A DNA stretch of 64,000 nucleotides from Chiloscyllium plagiosum. Taxonomy: Eukaryota. The translations under genes and the position numbers were made by a program. The DNA lies in assembly GCF_004010195.1 (NCBI RefSeq), contig NC_057720.1, forward strand, positions 91,523,319 through 91,587,318, written 5' to 3'. Within the stretch, counting starts at the first letter, position 1, and every line of letters begins with the position of its first letter. This document shows, piece after piece, positions 22,804-36,404 of the stretch. Below the pieces are notes generated by a model that saw nothing but the letters and a program-made list of their open reading frames with translations, was not told the DNA's origin and made no database searches.

Positions 22804-25800
22804 NCCCACCTCCCCCAGCTTTAACTCTGCTCAATCACACAATCACAGAATTGTTACAGTGCACAAGGAGGCCATTCTGTCCATCCTGTCTGGACCAGCT
22901 CTCTAAATGAGCAATTCACTGAGTGTCATTCTCCTGCCTTCTCCCTGTCACCCTGTACATTGTTCCTTTTCAAATAACAGTCTCATTCCCTTCGGAATGT
23001 TTCAATTGAAGCTGCCTCCACCACACTCTCAGGCAGTGCATTCCACACCTTAACCACTCGCTGGCTGAAAATGTTTTTCCTCATTTCACTTTTGTTACTT
23101 TTCCAATTACTTTCAATCTGTGGTCTCTCGGTTTCAATCCTTTCAGAAGTGCGATCACTTTCTCCCTATTTACACTGTCCAGGCCCATCCTGATTTTGAA
23201 TTCCTCGAACAATTCTCCTCTCAGCCTTCTCCAAAGACTTGGAGTTGCCGGTGTTGGACTGGGGTAGACAAAGTTAAAAATCACACAACACAGGTTATAG
23301 TCCAACAGGGGGTTTATTTGGAAGCACTGGCTTTCGGAGCGCCCCTCCTTCATCAGGTGGTTGTCAGCGGTGCTCCAAAAGCTAGTGCTGAACTATAACT
23401 TGCTGTTGTGTGATCTGTGACTTTCTTCAAAGAAGACAGTCCCAAATTCTCCAATCTATCTTCATAACTGATGTTCCTCATCTCTGGAACGATCCTTTGG
23501 ATATTTTTGCCATCTCTACAAAATATTCATGTCCTTCCTACATTATCCATGCCCTTCATGATTTTATAAACCTCTATAAATTTACTCCTCAGCTTCCTAT
23601 GCTTCAGGGTAAAAAGTCTCAGCTTTTCCAGCCTCTCAAAGTCATGGAGTCATACAGCGTGGAAACAGACCCTTCAGTCTAGCTTGTCCATGCTAACCAG
23701 ATATCCTAAACTGACCTCATCCCATTTGCTAGCATTTAGCCCACATCTCTCTAAATCCTTCTTATTCATGTCCTCGTCCAAACATCTTTTAAATGCTGTA
23801 ATTGTATCCACCTCCAACATTTCTCTGGCACCTCAATCCACACTCGCACCACCCTCTGTGTGACAAGTTACCCCTCAGGGCCCTTTTGAGTCTTTTGTCT
23901 CTCATCTTGAACCTCTGCCTCCTATTCCCAAGGAAAAGACCTTGGATATACACCTTGTCCATGCTCCTCGTTATTTTATAAACATTTATAAGGCCATCCC
24001 TCAGCCTCCGATCCTGATGGGAAAATAGTCCCAGTCTATTCAGCCTCTGCCGATAGTTTAAACCATCCAATTCCTAGCAATATCCTTGTAAATCTTTTCG
24101 GCAGCTTTTTGAGTTTATCAGCATCCTTCCTATCACAGAAGGATCAGAATTGTTCACATGGTTCCCAAAGTGGCCTCACCAATCTCCTATACAGCTGCAC
24201 CATGATGTCCCAACTCCTGTACTCGATGCAGTGACCAATAAAGGCAAGTGTACCCAACACCTTCTTCATCGCTCTGTCTCCCTGTGACCCCACTGACAAG
24301 GAATAATGCACCTGCACCTGCCCCTGCCCCTGCCCCTGCCCCTGCCCCTGCCTCTGCCCCCCAAGGTCTCTTTTTTTCAGCAACACTCCACAGGGCCCTA
24401 CCATTAACTATATAAGTCCTGCCCTGGTTTGCCTTTCCAAATGCAACATCTCACATTTATCTAAACTGAACTCCATTTGCCACACCTCTGCCCATTGCCC
24501 CATGTGATCAAGGTCCCACTGGACCCTGAGATCATCTTCTTCACTATCCACTGGATCACCAATTTTGGTGTCATTTACAAACTTCCTATAATTCCTATAT
24601 TCACATCCAAGTCATTTATTTAAATGACGAAAAGCAGTGAACCCAGCACAGATCCTTGCGGCACACAGCTATTCACAGATCTCCAGTCTGAAAAGCAACC
24701 CTTTACCACCACTCTCTGTCTCTTATCTTGAAGGAATCTTTTACCCAAATATCTAGCTCTCCCTGGATCCCATGTGGTCTAACCTTACTAACCAGTCGAT
24801 CATGTGGAACCTTGTCAACACTTTGCTGGAAGTCCATATAGACAGTGTCTACTGTTCTGCCTTCGTCAATCTTCTCTGTCACCTCTTCAAACAACCTCAA
24901 TCAAGTTAGGTCAAACACTTTGCTGAAGTCCATATAGACAGTGTCTACTGTTCTGCCTTCGTCAATCTTCTCTGTCACCTCTTCAAACAACCTCAATCAA
25001 GTTAGTAAGACACAATTCCCATGCACAAAACCACATTGACTATCCAAATGCATGTAAATCCTGTCCCTCAGAATCCACTCCAACAACTTAGCCAGCACTG
25101 ACCTCAGGCTCACTGATCTATAGTTCCCTGGCTTTTCCTTCCAGCCTTTAGAACATAGAACATAGAACATAGAACATAGAAATAATGGCTAACATTAGCC
25201 AACCTCTCCAGTTCTCCAGCACCTTACCTGTGACTGTCGATGATAAACTCAGCAAGGAGTCCAGCAATCTCTTCCCTAGCTTCCCACAATATTCTGAGAT
25301 ATACCTGATCAGGTCACGGAGATGTATCTACCTTTATGCATTTGAAGCAATCCTCTTCTGTAATGTGGTCTCTTGTCAAGATATTACTATTTACTTCCCG
25401 AGTTCCCAAACTTCCATGTCTTTCTCCATGATAAATACTGACCCAGAATATTCATTTAGGATCCTAACCATTTCCTGTGGATCCACCCAGAGGTACCTTG
25501 TTCATCTTCATGGTGCCCTATTCTCTCTCTAGTTATTTTTTGCCCATTTCTTATTTACAATAATTCTACCACTTTTGGCCTCAAAAGAGTTCAGGAATTG
25601 TTTGCCCTGTCTCAAATATACCTTGACTATTCCTGGTCTACATCCTCTACTGTTCACCTCAGACTTTCCTACGAACCTTTGACCCCATAGGTCCAGTACC
25701 TGTGACTCCACTGTTTTATTTAAATCCAATATATCCATATCCCATGGAAGCTGCCATTTTCCCCAGTGAGTTTGTTTGACCCTGAAATGGCCTTTGTTCA

Positions 25801-28800
25801 TTTCCTCCATCACCCTAAATCTTGTGATACAATGATCACTATTCCCTAAATGTCCTCTGACTGACACTTGATCCACTTGGGCCTCCTCACTCCCAAAATC
25901 CAGATCTAGCAGAGCCTCCTTTCTCATTGGACTGTAAACACACAGCTGGAGAAAGTTCACCTGAACACACTCTCACAACTCTGGCCCCTTCCTGCCCTTC
26001 ACATTGCTACTACCCCAGTCAATATTCAGAAATTAAAGCCCCCCACTCCATTATAATGACTATAATATTTAGGCTTGCAGGTGTATTCCTCCACATCCTT
26101 CCCACTGGGTGGTGATTTATTGACTGCACTGAGGATTCTGTGGACCTTGATGTCCCTCTCTGATATTTCCCCCTGGATCCCACAGCCCTGCCAAGTTAGT
26201 TTAAACCCTCTCCAACAGCACGAGTAAATTTCCCCAAAGGAACTCAGTTCCAGCTCTATTTAGGAGCAACACTGTTTGGTCTGTCCAGGTCCCAATGTCA
26301 CAAGGATCTAAAGCCCTCCCTCCTGGACTCTTATTCCACGTCCTGTTCCTCTTCTCACTTGCATGGGGTACTGGGAGTAATCCAGAGATTCCTACTTTTG
26401 TGCTCCTGCTGCTAATTCCCTCCTGAGCTCCCTAAATTCTGACTGCAGGACCATATCCCTTTCCTCCCTCTGTCACTGAGGACTAATGTGAACCACAACT
26501 GTTCCCCCTCTGCCCTCAGGGTGCTCTGCAGCTGCTCAGTGACATCCTTGATCCTGGCACCAGGGAGACAACACACCATCCTGGATTCCCATCTGCAGCA
26601 GCAGAAACACCTATTGATTGCCCTCACTCTCGAATCTCCTCTCACTATCGCTCTTCCAGTCTTCCTTGTTCCCCCCCCTTGTTTTGACTGTTTTTTCCAA
26701 AGCTCCAAAACAATGCAACAGCATATAAAACAGTAATTGTTGATCCTGCAATTCGAGGAAATCACCTCCAGCAGCTAAAATACCTCAAAAAAGGAGCAGC
26801 TGTTACAGCCAGAAATTTTTCCCGTCCTCCTTGGATTACCCAGAATCTTTCTTAACGTCTAGAAATGTGCTCTCCACAGAGCTCTCAGCCTCACGGACAG
26901 TCCACACTGATACCAGCTGCTGCTTAAGCTCCGAGACCCGGAGCTCCAACTGCTGTCACTGACCACACTTCCTACACGCATGGTATTCCAGGAGCTGGGA
27001 AGTATCCTGAAATTCCCATATGGGTGCACATTCTCTCCACTCTTTGCTAATCTTTCACAAAGTTCTGATGACAAACAGCTGCAGCAGGGCTCACAGTCCA
27101 GTGGGTTCAGTGTTCCAGGGTTTTGGGGAAACTCTCCAGAAGGCTTTAAGAAATAGGAGCAGAAATCAGCCATTCAACCCATTGAATCTGCTCTGCTATT
27201 TGATCTTGGCAGATATGCTTCTCATCCCCATTCTCCTGCCTACTCCACAGGAACGTTTGATCACAAACTATCTTAACTATCACAAACCTATCTATCTCTG
27301 TCTTAAATACACTCAGTGACTTGTCTCCACTGCCCTCTGTAGCAATGAGTTCCACAGATTCCCCACCCTCTGGCTGAAGAAATTCTTCCTCATCTCAGCT
27401 CCAAAGGGTCGGCCCTTCATTCTGAGGCTGTGCCTTGGTTACCGAGCCTCTCCTATATTTGGAAACATCTTCTCTGGATCCACTCTATCCAGGCCTATCA
27501 GTATTCTGTAAATTTCAATATGATCCCTCCTCATCCTTCTAAACTCCATCGAGTACAGACCCAGAGTCCTCAACCATGCCTCATATGACAAGCCCTTCAA
27601 CCCCAGGATCATTCTTGTAAACCCCTTCAATGCCAACACATTGTTTCTTAAAATATGTGTCCCAAATCTGTTCACAATATTCCAAATGCAGTCTGACCAG
27701 AGCCGTACGCAGCTTCAGCAGTACATCTCCTCTTGCATTCTGGCTCTATTGAAATGAATGCTATCATTTCATTTGCCTTCCCAAGCACAAACTGGACCTG
27801 CCTGTTAACCTGAAAAGAAAGCTGAATGAGGTTTGTGGTTTAGATTTCCAAAGGTTTTCCTCATTTAGAAAACAGTCTTTGCAACTCTTCTTCCTACCAA
27901 AGTGCATAACCACACACTGTAACACATTGTATTCTATCTGCCACTTCTTTGCCCACTCTCTGAGCCTATCCAGGACCTTTTACAGCCTTCCCACTTCCTC
28001 AACACGACCTGTCCCTCCACCTATCTCATGCCATCTGCAAACTTAGCAACAATGTCTTCACTTGCTTCATCCAGGTTGTTAATGTATAATGTGAATAGTT
28101 ATGGTCCCAACATTGACACTTACAGGACTCTATCGGTCACCAGCTGCAATTGTTCCTCACTCACTGCTTTATGCCAAACTGCCAGTCCTCAGTCCATGCC
28201 AGTACCTCACCCCTAACACAATGGGCACTTATCTTATGTCAAATGCCTTCTGGAAAATCCAAATAGATTACTTCCTCGGACTCTCCTTTGTCTGATTGCC
28301 TCATTGCCTCCTCAAAGAATTCTAACAGATTTGCCAGGCATGATGTCTCCTTGATGAAACCGTGTTGACTCCGCCTTATTTTACCATTGCACTTCCAGGT
28401 CCTCTGCAATTTCATCCTTAGATTGAAGTCTAAAACCTTACCAACAACTTAGTCCAGGCTAACTGGCCTACAATGTCTCACCTTCTCCCTCCCTCCTATC
28501 TTAAACAGGGGTGTTGTGTGAGCCATTTTCCTGTCCCTTGCCCCCACCAAATCCCTCCCCACCCCAGCTCCACACCCTGACTCCACTGATTCCTGAAGAT
28601 CATCACCAATGCCCCCACAACCTCCTCAGCGATCTCCTTCAGAACACACTGGTGTAGTTCATCCAGTCTGGGTGAGTTATCCACATTCAGATCTTTCAGC
28701 TTCCCCAGTACCTCCTCCTTAGTGATGGCCACAACACTCCCCTCTGCCCCCTGACTAAAATTGGGTCCTTGAAGACAGAAACAGGGGAATATATTACGGG

Positions 28801-30562
28801 GAACAAAGAAATGGCAGAAGAATTGAATTGTTACTTCAGATCTGTGTTCACTGGGGAAGACACAAGCAAACTCCCTGAGGTAACTGTAGCTAAAGGACCT
28901 GCACTGAAGGGAATTTATATTTGCCAGGAATTGGTGTTGGAGAGACTGTTAGGTCTGAAGGTTGATAAGTCCCCGGGGCCTAATGGTCTACATCCCAGGG
29001 TACTGAAGGAGGTGGCTCGGGAAATCGTGGATGCGTTGGTGATTATTTTCCAGAGTTCGATAGATTTGGGATCAGTTCCTGCGGATTGGAGGGTGGCTAA
29101 TGTTGTACCACTTTTTAAGAAAGGTGGGAGAGACAAAGCAGGAAATTATATACCAGTTAATCTGATGTCAGTGGTGGGAAAGATGCTGGAGTCTATTATA
29201 AAGGATGAAATTATGACACATCTGGATAGTAGTAACAGGATAGGTCAGAGTCAGCATGGATTTATGAAGGGGAAATCATGCTTGACTAATCTTCTGGAAT
29301 TTTTTGAGGATGTAACTCTGAAGATGGACGAGGGAGATCCAGTAGATGTAGTGTACCTGGACTTTCAGAAAGCTTTTGATAAAGTCCCACATAGGAGGTT
29401 AGTGAGCAAAATTAGGGTGTATGGTATTGGGGGCAAAGCACTAACTTGGACTGAAGGTTGGTTGGCTGGTAGGAAACAAAGAGTAGTGATAAACGGCTCC
29501 ATTTCAGAATGGCAGGCAGTGACCAGTGGGGTACCGCAGGGATCAATGCTGGGACCGCAGCTTTTTACAATATATGTTAACGATATAGAAGATGGTATTA
29601 GTAATAGCATTAGCAAATGTGCTGATGATACTAAGCTGGGTGGCAGGGTGAAATGTGAGGAGGATGTTAGGAGATTACAGGGTGACCTGGAGGTTAGGTG
29701 AGTGTTCAGATGCATAGCAGATGCATTAACCATACATTTATCCACTTTGGTGGCAAGAACAGGAAGGCAGATTACTACCTAAGTGGAATCAATTTAGGTA
29801 ATGGGGCAGTACAAAGAGATCTGGGAGTTCTTGTACACCAGTCAATGAAGGTAAGCATGCAGGTACAGCAGGTAGTGAAGAAGGCTAATAGTATGCTGGC
29901 CTTCATAACAAGACGGATTGAGTATAGAAGCAAAGAGGTTCTTCTGCAGCTATACAGGGCTCTGGTGAGACCGCACCTGGAATATTATGCACAGTTTTGG
30001 TCTCCAAATTTGAGGAAAGACATTCTGGCTATTGAGGGAGTGCAGTGTAGGTTCACAAGGTCAATTCCTGGAATAGCGGGACTACCTTACGCTGAAAGAC
30101 TGGAGCGACTGGTTTTGTATACCCTTGAGTTTAGAAGACTAAGAAGGGATCTGATTGAGACATATAAGATTATTAAAGGATTGGACACTCTGGAGGCAGG
30201 AAACATGTTTCCGCTGATGGGTGAGTGCCGAGCCAGAGGACACACCTTAAAAATACAGGGTAGACCATTTAGGACAGAGATGAGGAGAAACTTCTTCACT
30301 CAGAGAGTGGTGGCTGTGTGGAATGCTCTGCCCCAGAGGGCAGTGGAGGCCCAGTCTCTGGATTCATTTAAGAAAGAGTTGGATAGAGGTCTCAAGGATA
30401 GTGGAATCATTGGTTATGGAGATAAGGCAGGAACAGGATACTGATTAAGGATGATCAGCCATGATCATATTGAATGGTGGTGCAGGCTCGAAGGGCAGAA
30501 TGGCCTACTCCTGCACCTATTGTCTATTGTCTATTGCCAGTCTTGAAGTACTGGTATGCTGC
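22276..30562. repeat. Arm 2 of the inverted segmental duplication (J-C intron of plus-strand cluster B)
   Basis: Same mosaic of TE fragments and junctions as 390-8554 in reverse complement; the 19-bp island at 22276-22294 is the exact reverse complement of 8536-8554. Confidence 0.9.
28756..30536 (+). mobile_element. Young 5'-truncated CR1-clade LINE with long RT ORFs
   Basis: ORFs 28769-29701 (310 aa) and 29698-30444 with canonical RT motifs; (TCTATTG)n tail ending at 30536; splits a sequence that is contiguous in arm 1 near position 415. Confidence 0.92.
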
Positions 30563-33500
30563 TGGTGTTTTACAAGGTGCAGACTGATGCAAAGTATCTA
30601 TTCAATTCCTCGACTATTTCTTCATTTCCTATTATTCTTTTTCTAGCCTGATTTCCCAGTGATCCAATGTCTATTTTTGCCTTCCTCTTCCTTTTTATAT
30701 ATCTGATAAAACTCTTGCAATCTTCTTTTATATTATTGGCTCGCTTACCCCCACATTTCACCTTCTCCACCCTTAGTGCTTTTAATGTTATCCTCTCCAT
30801 GTTTTTAAAGACTTCCTAATCCTCTGGCTTCCCACTATTCTCCACCACATTGGATTCTTTTTCTTTTGCTTTTATGCTGTCCTTGACCTCCCTCATCAGC
30901 CATGGTTGCCTTGTCCTCACCTTATTATGTTCCTTCTTTTTTGGGATGAATTCCTACTCTGCTTCCTGAATTACCCCCAGAAACTCTGCTGTTTGCTGCC
31001 CCACCATCTTACCTGCTCGGCTCCCCTTCCAATCAACTCTGGTCAACTCCTTCCTCATGTCTTTGTCGTTAACTTTACTCAATTGAAATACTGTTCCATC
31101 TGACTGCAGCTTCTCCCTCTCAAACTACAGGGGGAATTCTATCATATTATAGTCACGTATCCACAGGATATCTTCACCTTCAGCTCACTAATCAGAACAA
31201 TATTTATCGTTGAGCCAACATCATTATTGTTCTTTGATCTCATTGCTTCTAGTGGGATCTTGCTGTGTAGAAACTGGCTGCCACGTTACTGACACTGCAA
31301 CAGTGACTGCTTGTCAAACAAAACTGTCTGTAAATGTCTTTGGGAGAGCCTGAAATGTTAAGGGCTGGATTGAAATATAATTAGAGTCAGAGAGATGGAC
31401 AGCACAGAAACTCCCCTACCTACCTGCAACTTCATCTTCAAGGAACTATTCTTCATTTTTTGGATGAACTGAGAATCTTTCAGTTGTGAAAGATGCCATT
31501 CCATGGCACTATTGGATGAGGAGCAGGCAGTTCCCCCTGGTGTCCATGGTCAATATTTATCCCCCAGTCAAAATCACTAAAAATGTATTTCTCTGCTAAT
31601 TATCACATGGTGTTTGGGATCTCGCTGTGCACAGTCTGCTGGAAAGATCCATTGGGTCATTCTGAGTTGGGAACAGGAGCTACACAAATGCAAGTCTTTC
31701 TTTAAGGCTGGAGTCTCCTGATCCAGACGCTCACCCATCGTCTGCGCAAGCTCACCTTCCAGGGGTCATGGGGTCATTAGGAGCAGTGACCCTGCCTGAC
31801 CCTGGAATACGGAGACTCATTGCAGCCTCACCCTTGACCCTCAGAACAGTGGTGTGCAGCAAGGTTTGAAATATAATCTAGAACCTTCTGCACAGACACC
31901 CAATGTGACTCTTTCCTGAAGTGTATGGATCCGAGTCTGCTCCAATGTTCTCGGATAAAGTTCTCCTGACCTGTGGGTGATCGGAGGTTTGTTAAAGAGT
32001 TTTCGAGCTTCATCCCACTTTTCAGCTCTTGCTCCATAGCTCTGGAGGTTTCACTGTTTCAAGCGAATATCCAAGTGTTTTTTCAATATGATGAGTGTTT
32101 CTGCCTCTCCCACCCTTTCAGACAGTGAGTCCCACATCCCACCAGCCTCTGGGTGAAAACAAATACCCTCAACTCCCCTCTAACCCTGCCCCCAACTGAC
32201 TTCAATCTCTCCCCATGGTTATTGCTCTTTGTGCTGGTGGAAATCAGTCCTTCCTGCACACTCTATCCAGGCCCCTCATTATTTACACACCACGATCAAA
32301 TCTCCCCTCAGCCTCCTGTGTTCCAAAGAAAACAGTCCCAGCCAATTCAATCATTCCTCAAAGCTAAAATTCCCCATTCCAGACAAAATTCTCCTCTGTC
32401 CTGGTCTCTCGTGGGATCACATCCTTCTTGTAATGTGGTGACCAGAACCGTACACAGTTCTCTCACTGTGCTCTAACTGGGGTTTTATACAATTCCAGAA
32501 TAAACAAACTTCATGCTTTCACTGTCAACCAAAAATGAGATAAAGGAGGCGATGGTCTAATGGTGTTATTGCTGAGCTGTTAATCCAGAGATCCAGATAA
32601 TGGTCTGGGGACCAGGGTTAGAATCCAGCAGATGGTGGCATTCAAATTCAATTAAAAAAAAATCTGGAATTAAGAGTCTAATGATGTCCATGGAACCATC
32701 GTTGATTGTCAGGAAAAAGCCATTGATTCCCTAATGTCCTTTAGGGAAGGAAACTGCCATCCTTCCCATGTGACTCCAGACCCACAGCAATGTGGTTGAC
32801 TCTAAACTGTCCTCTGAGCGATTAGGGATGGGCAATAAATGCTGCCGATCCAGCAATGACCTCATTCCATCAAGGGAAAAAGAAAAACAGTTTATCCCAT
32901 GTGTCTTCTTAACCACCTTACTGACCCGCATTCATTAATCACCATGGCCACATCTTCCACCTCCACACACATCTGACTTCCAGCTTCAAATTGATGAGAG
33001 ACATTCCTTCATTATCTGAAAAACAGATAGAGACATCAAAAATTGCAGCAGAAGTAGGCCATTCGGCCCTTCCTGCCTGCTCCACCATTCAATATGATCA
33101 TGGCTGATCATCCAGCACAGTCCCCTGTTTCTACTTTCTCCCCACATTCTTTGATCCCTTTAATCCTAAGAACTGTATCTAATTCCTTCTTAAAGATATA
33201 CTGCCTCTAATTCCCTCATGCTAGAAAAATGGTTGACAATTATTGGGTTGTTGTATTTTGACCAGTATGGGCCTTTAGGGTCCCTCTGATTCTATGACTC
33301 TATTATTATATTTTATGAAGAACTGAATACCAAGGACTGACCCCTGTGGTGCCTTAAGTTGTAACTACCTGTCATTCAGAAAAAAAACTCATTCTTTCTG
33401 TCCTGTCTGCCAATTAGTTCCCAAAGCATGTCAGTACATGACCCCCAGTCCTTTTGTTCATTCGGTCAAGATCTGGGAGTCTGACCCTTACTCTTTGTGG

Positions 33501-33999
33501 GAACATATTCTGAACGATCTTTGTCTCGTCCTTGGAGGGCTCCCACTGCCTTGACACTGATTTCTGATCATGTCACTGCTTCCGGTCCACTTTTACCAAA
33601 GCACCACACAGTTTAGTAAAATGAAAACTTTTACACTTACTGCACAGTTCTCCATTTCCATCCATACTCTCAATCTCACTCAGTTCTGATCACTGTCACG
33701 AAAATGCTCCCCCATTGATAGCCCTTCCAGCTGCCCACATTCATTCCATAAATAATGGTCCAAAACAGTCCCTTCTCTCTCTGCTGCTTCACCATCACCT
33801 TCTCAGGGGCAATTAGGGATGGGTAATAAATGTTGGCCCTGCCACATCTCAAGAAGCAATGTGAACAATGTCTGTTCTTTTGCTGGGTTTATTCTGTACT
33901 GACCAAACATGTTCCAAAAGATTGTATTGACAGTGAATATTGTGAGGGTTGAATTCCCTTCAAATGGCAGGGATTAAAATTGTTTCTCTTGTCTTTCAG

Positions 34000-34327
34000 G
34001 CCGTGAGAACTCTCAGCCAAGCTGATCCTGCTGCCTCCCTCCCCGGAGCAGGTCAATGCCAAGGGCACTGCCACCCTGGTGTGCCTTGCCAATCACTTCT
34101 ATCCTGATGAGCTGGAGGTGTAGTGGAAGAAGGACGGTGCAGTCATTTCGGACGGGGTTCAGACCAGCAACTACCTGCGAGCTTCGGACAGCACCTACAG
34201 TGTCAGCAGCCTGCTGACCCTCTCTGGGTCTGACTGGGAATCCAACGCTCGTTTCTCCTGTGCCCTCACCCACGTGACTCTCCCCTCTCCCCTCAGCAAG
34301 AGCATCAGGAGATCAGAATGTGTGTAG
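34000..34327 (+). pseudogene. IGKC: Kappa-type light-chain constant exon, pseudogene
   Basis: Acceptor ttcag|G at 33999/34000; high similarity to the intact copy at 55083-54755; 1-bp deletion (CAGCCCAAG>CAGCCAAG, about 34017) and CAG>TAG at 34121-34123; ends in ...RSECV TAG at 34325-34327; AATAAA at 34576-34581. Confidence 0.93.
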
Positions 34328-34575
34328 TGTTGGAGACAGTCCACAAAGGAGACACAACTTTAAATAGAACAGGGCTGAGCTGGCAGGACAAAGGTCATTG
34401 TCAGCACTGAATTTCAACTCTCTTCCTTCTCAGGATTGCTCAGAGAACCTTCTGAGGTTTGCATGTTAAAGCAGGTCAATGTGACAGTGTCAAGAGAGCT
34501 TTATGCTATGTCAAACCTCATGCTGTTCTTGTCCTGGGAGTGTTTGATGAGGGTCAGTGTTGACTTGTAATGTCA

Positions 34576-34581
34576 AATAAA
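34576..34581 (+). terminator. Polyadenylation signal of the plus-strand C pseudo-exon
   Basis: AATAAA about 250 nt after the stop; the homologous position in the minus-strand copy reads AGTAAA (54504-54499). Confidence 0.7.
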
Positions 34582-35321
34582 ATCTCTTGATGTTGCTGAA
34601 GACTGTCAGCTGTACAAAACAATGTAACCTCAGAATTCTCTGCTTCAGTAAACCAGATCTTCTTCCTGCTTAGCTGTCAGTTCCAGTTTAAGGTTTTGTC
34701 ACTGTTTAAAGGGACAGGGTTATCGTGTTATTGAGCAAATCTCCACAAGTGTTTTCCTCAAACTCCATTGTGGCCGTGAATTTGAGCAGCTTCCTCTGTC
34801 TGGGCTGTTAAATGCAGTTTTTTTCTGTCATTGTGAATCTGGAAAAGGGAATAAAGATGAAGATTCAGTCGCTGTCTCTGTGCGCTTTGGAAATAGACCA
34901 CCTCCCCACCCCTCAGATGATTGCTGCATTTCAGCAGGTCATTGTCAAGGTTAGCTGGTTGGCCTGTCAATCAATTACAAACATCATTCATTAATCATTT
35001 TCAAATTATCCCTTTGATCAGGAATTTATGCAGGTTACAAGATTCCAAAAAGAACAGAAACTGAAAGCTGTTAGGACTCAATAAGTACAATCTGACGCAT
35101 TCCCTCTTCACTCTGTTGGTCCAGGCCCAGCTGATGGGATCGCACTGTGCAATCTCTGCTGCATGTTGGGTAGCCGCTGAAACAATCTTGGATATTCGCA
35201 GACATTGCTGGCTGTGTCTCTCTGAGTGTGTGTTTAACTTAATGCTGCCTGTAGGTGTCTCTTTGAGTGTGGGTATGTTACTCAGAGAGACACCTGCAGG
35301 CAGCATGGAGTATGAGCATTT

Positions 35322-35636
35322 TACTCAGTGCGGCCTGTCTCTCAGTGTGAGTGTGTTACTTCGTGCAACCTGTAGGTGTCTCTCTCAGTGTGAGTGTGTT
35401 ACTCTGTGCTGCCTGTAGGTGTCTCTGAGGTCTATGTGTCTCCGAGCGATGGATTAAGAATGGGCCTTGTGCTGGGGATACTCAGTGCGGCCTGTCTCTC
35501 AGTGTGAGTGTGTTACTTCGTACAACCTGTAGGTGTCTCTGTCAGTGCGAGTGTGTTACTCTGTGCTGCCTGTAGGTGTCTCTCTGAGGTATGTGTCTCC
35601 GAGCGATGGATTAAGAATGGGCCTTGTGCTGGGGAT
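35322..35636 (+). repeat. Tandem duplication of about 157 bp within a degenerate TG/CT repeat region
   Basis: TACTCAGTGCGGCCTGTCT...GTGCTGGGGA occurs at 35322-35478 and 35479-35636. Confidence 0.85.
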
Positions 35637-36404
35637 TGAAGATGAGGCTTTAATTTTCTCAAATCATGAATGAAAAACAGTTCAGCTGATTCAGTCTGAG
35701 AGGCAGTTCATTCAGATGGCCAAAGTTAAAAATCACACAATACCAGGTTTGAGTCAAACAGGTTTATTTGGAAGTAGAAGTACTCGGTGCACTGTTCCTT
35801 CATCAGGTAGCTGCAGGGGCAGTATGACAGGACACAGAATTTATAGTAAATTCAGATGGCAGCTGAGAGTGTATTCTCGGAAAGGGAGGGATTTCAGAGA
35901 CAGTGGGCACTATGCTCCCTAATGTGTTGCCCAATTACAAGGGGATTTTCTGGATACAGGTTCAGAGCAGTTGTGGCTGCCTGCCCAGCCAATGCTGGCT
36001 AACCATAGTTGTATTTCAGATGTCAATTAGCCTGAAATTAGGAGCAGCAATATTACCTTACAGGGAGGGGAGCTGTTTGAGGGAGGGAGGTTAAATTCTT
36101 GCAGCCCCAAGAGAGGTTGCAGTGGATTAATGACAGGTATGACCACCATGAAGGTGCCAAGTTCTCTCCTCCTGTCCCAGCTGTGATGCCCCTCAGGTTA
36201 AAAACGTGACTGTGCTCCTTTCGGATGGTGACCATGTTCCTGGTTGAGGTAGGGAGGGAAGGTCAGCCTCTCCCAAAGGCAGCACAAGCTGGATTGAAGG
36301 GGAAACAAGAGTAAGCATGGGGAGATTGAGGGTGGCAGAAGGAGGGGGTTGGTTGGCAGGTTGTTATTCAGAGTCAGGTCCCAGAGAAGCAGTCCTTCTG
36401 ACAC

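Larger units (their letters stand above)
33590..34835. repeat. Inverted paralogy around the two C exons (partner about 54235-55490)
   Basis: Intron end, exon, 3' UTR and about 250 bp past the poly(A) signal align in reverse complement, e.g. 33661-33840 with about 55250-55430. Confidence 0.88.

Noticed and set aside
21749-22834. Long ORFs across the gaps (also 60445-61381)
   Set aside because: They consist of N-derived X residues.
24812-25005. Tandem duplication of about 97 bp, plus a 36-bp duplication near 18684-18755 and (CCCTGC)n at about 24310-24360
   Set aside because: Ordinary local slippage or duplication inside dead LINEs, with no functional signal.
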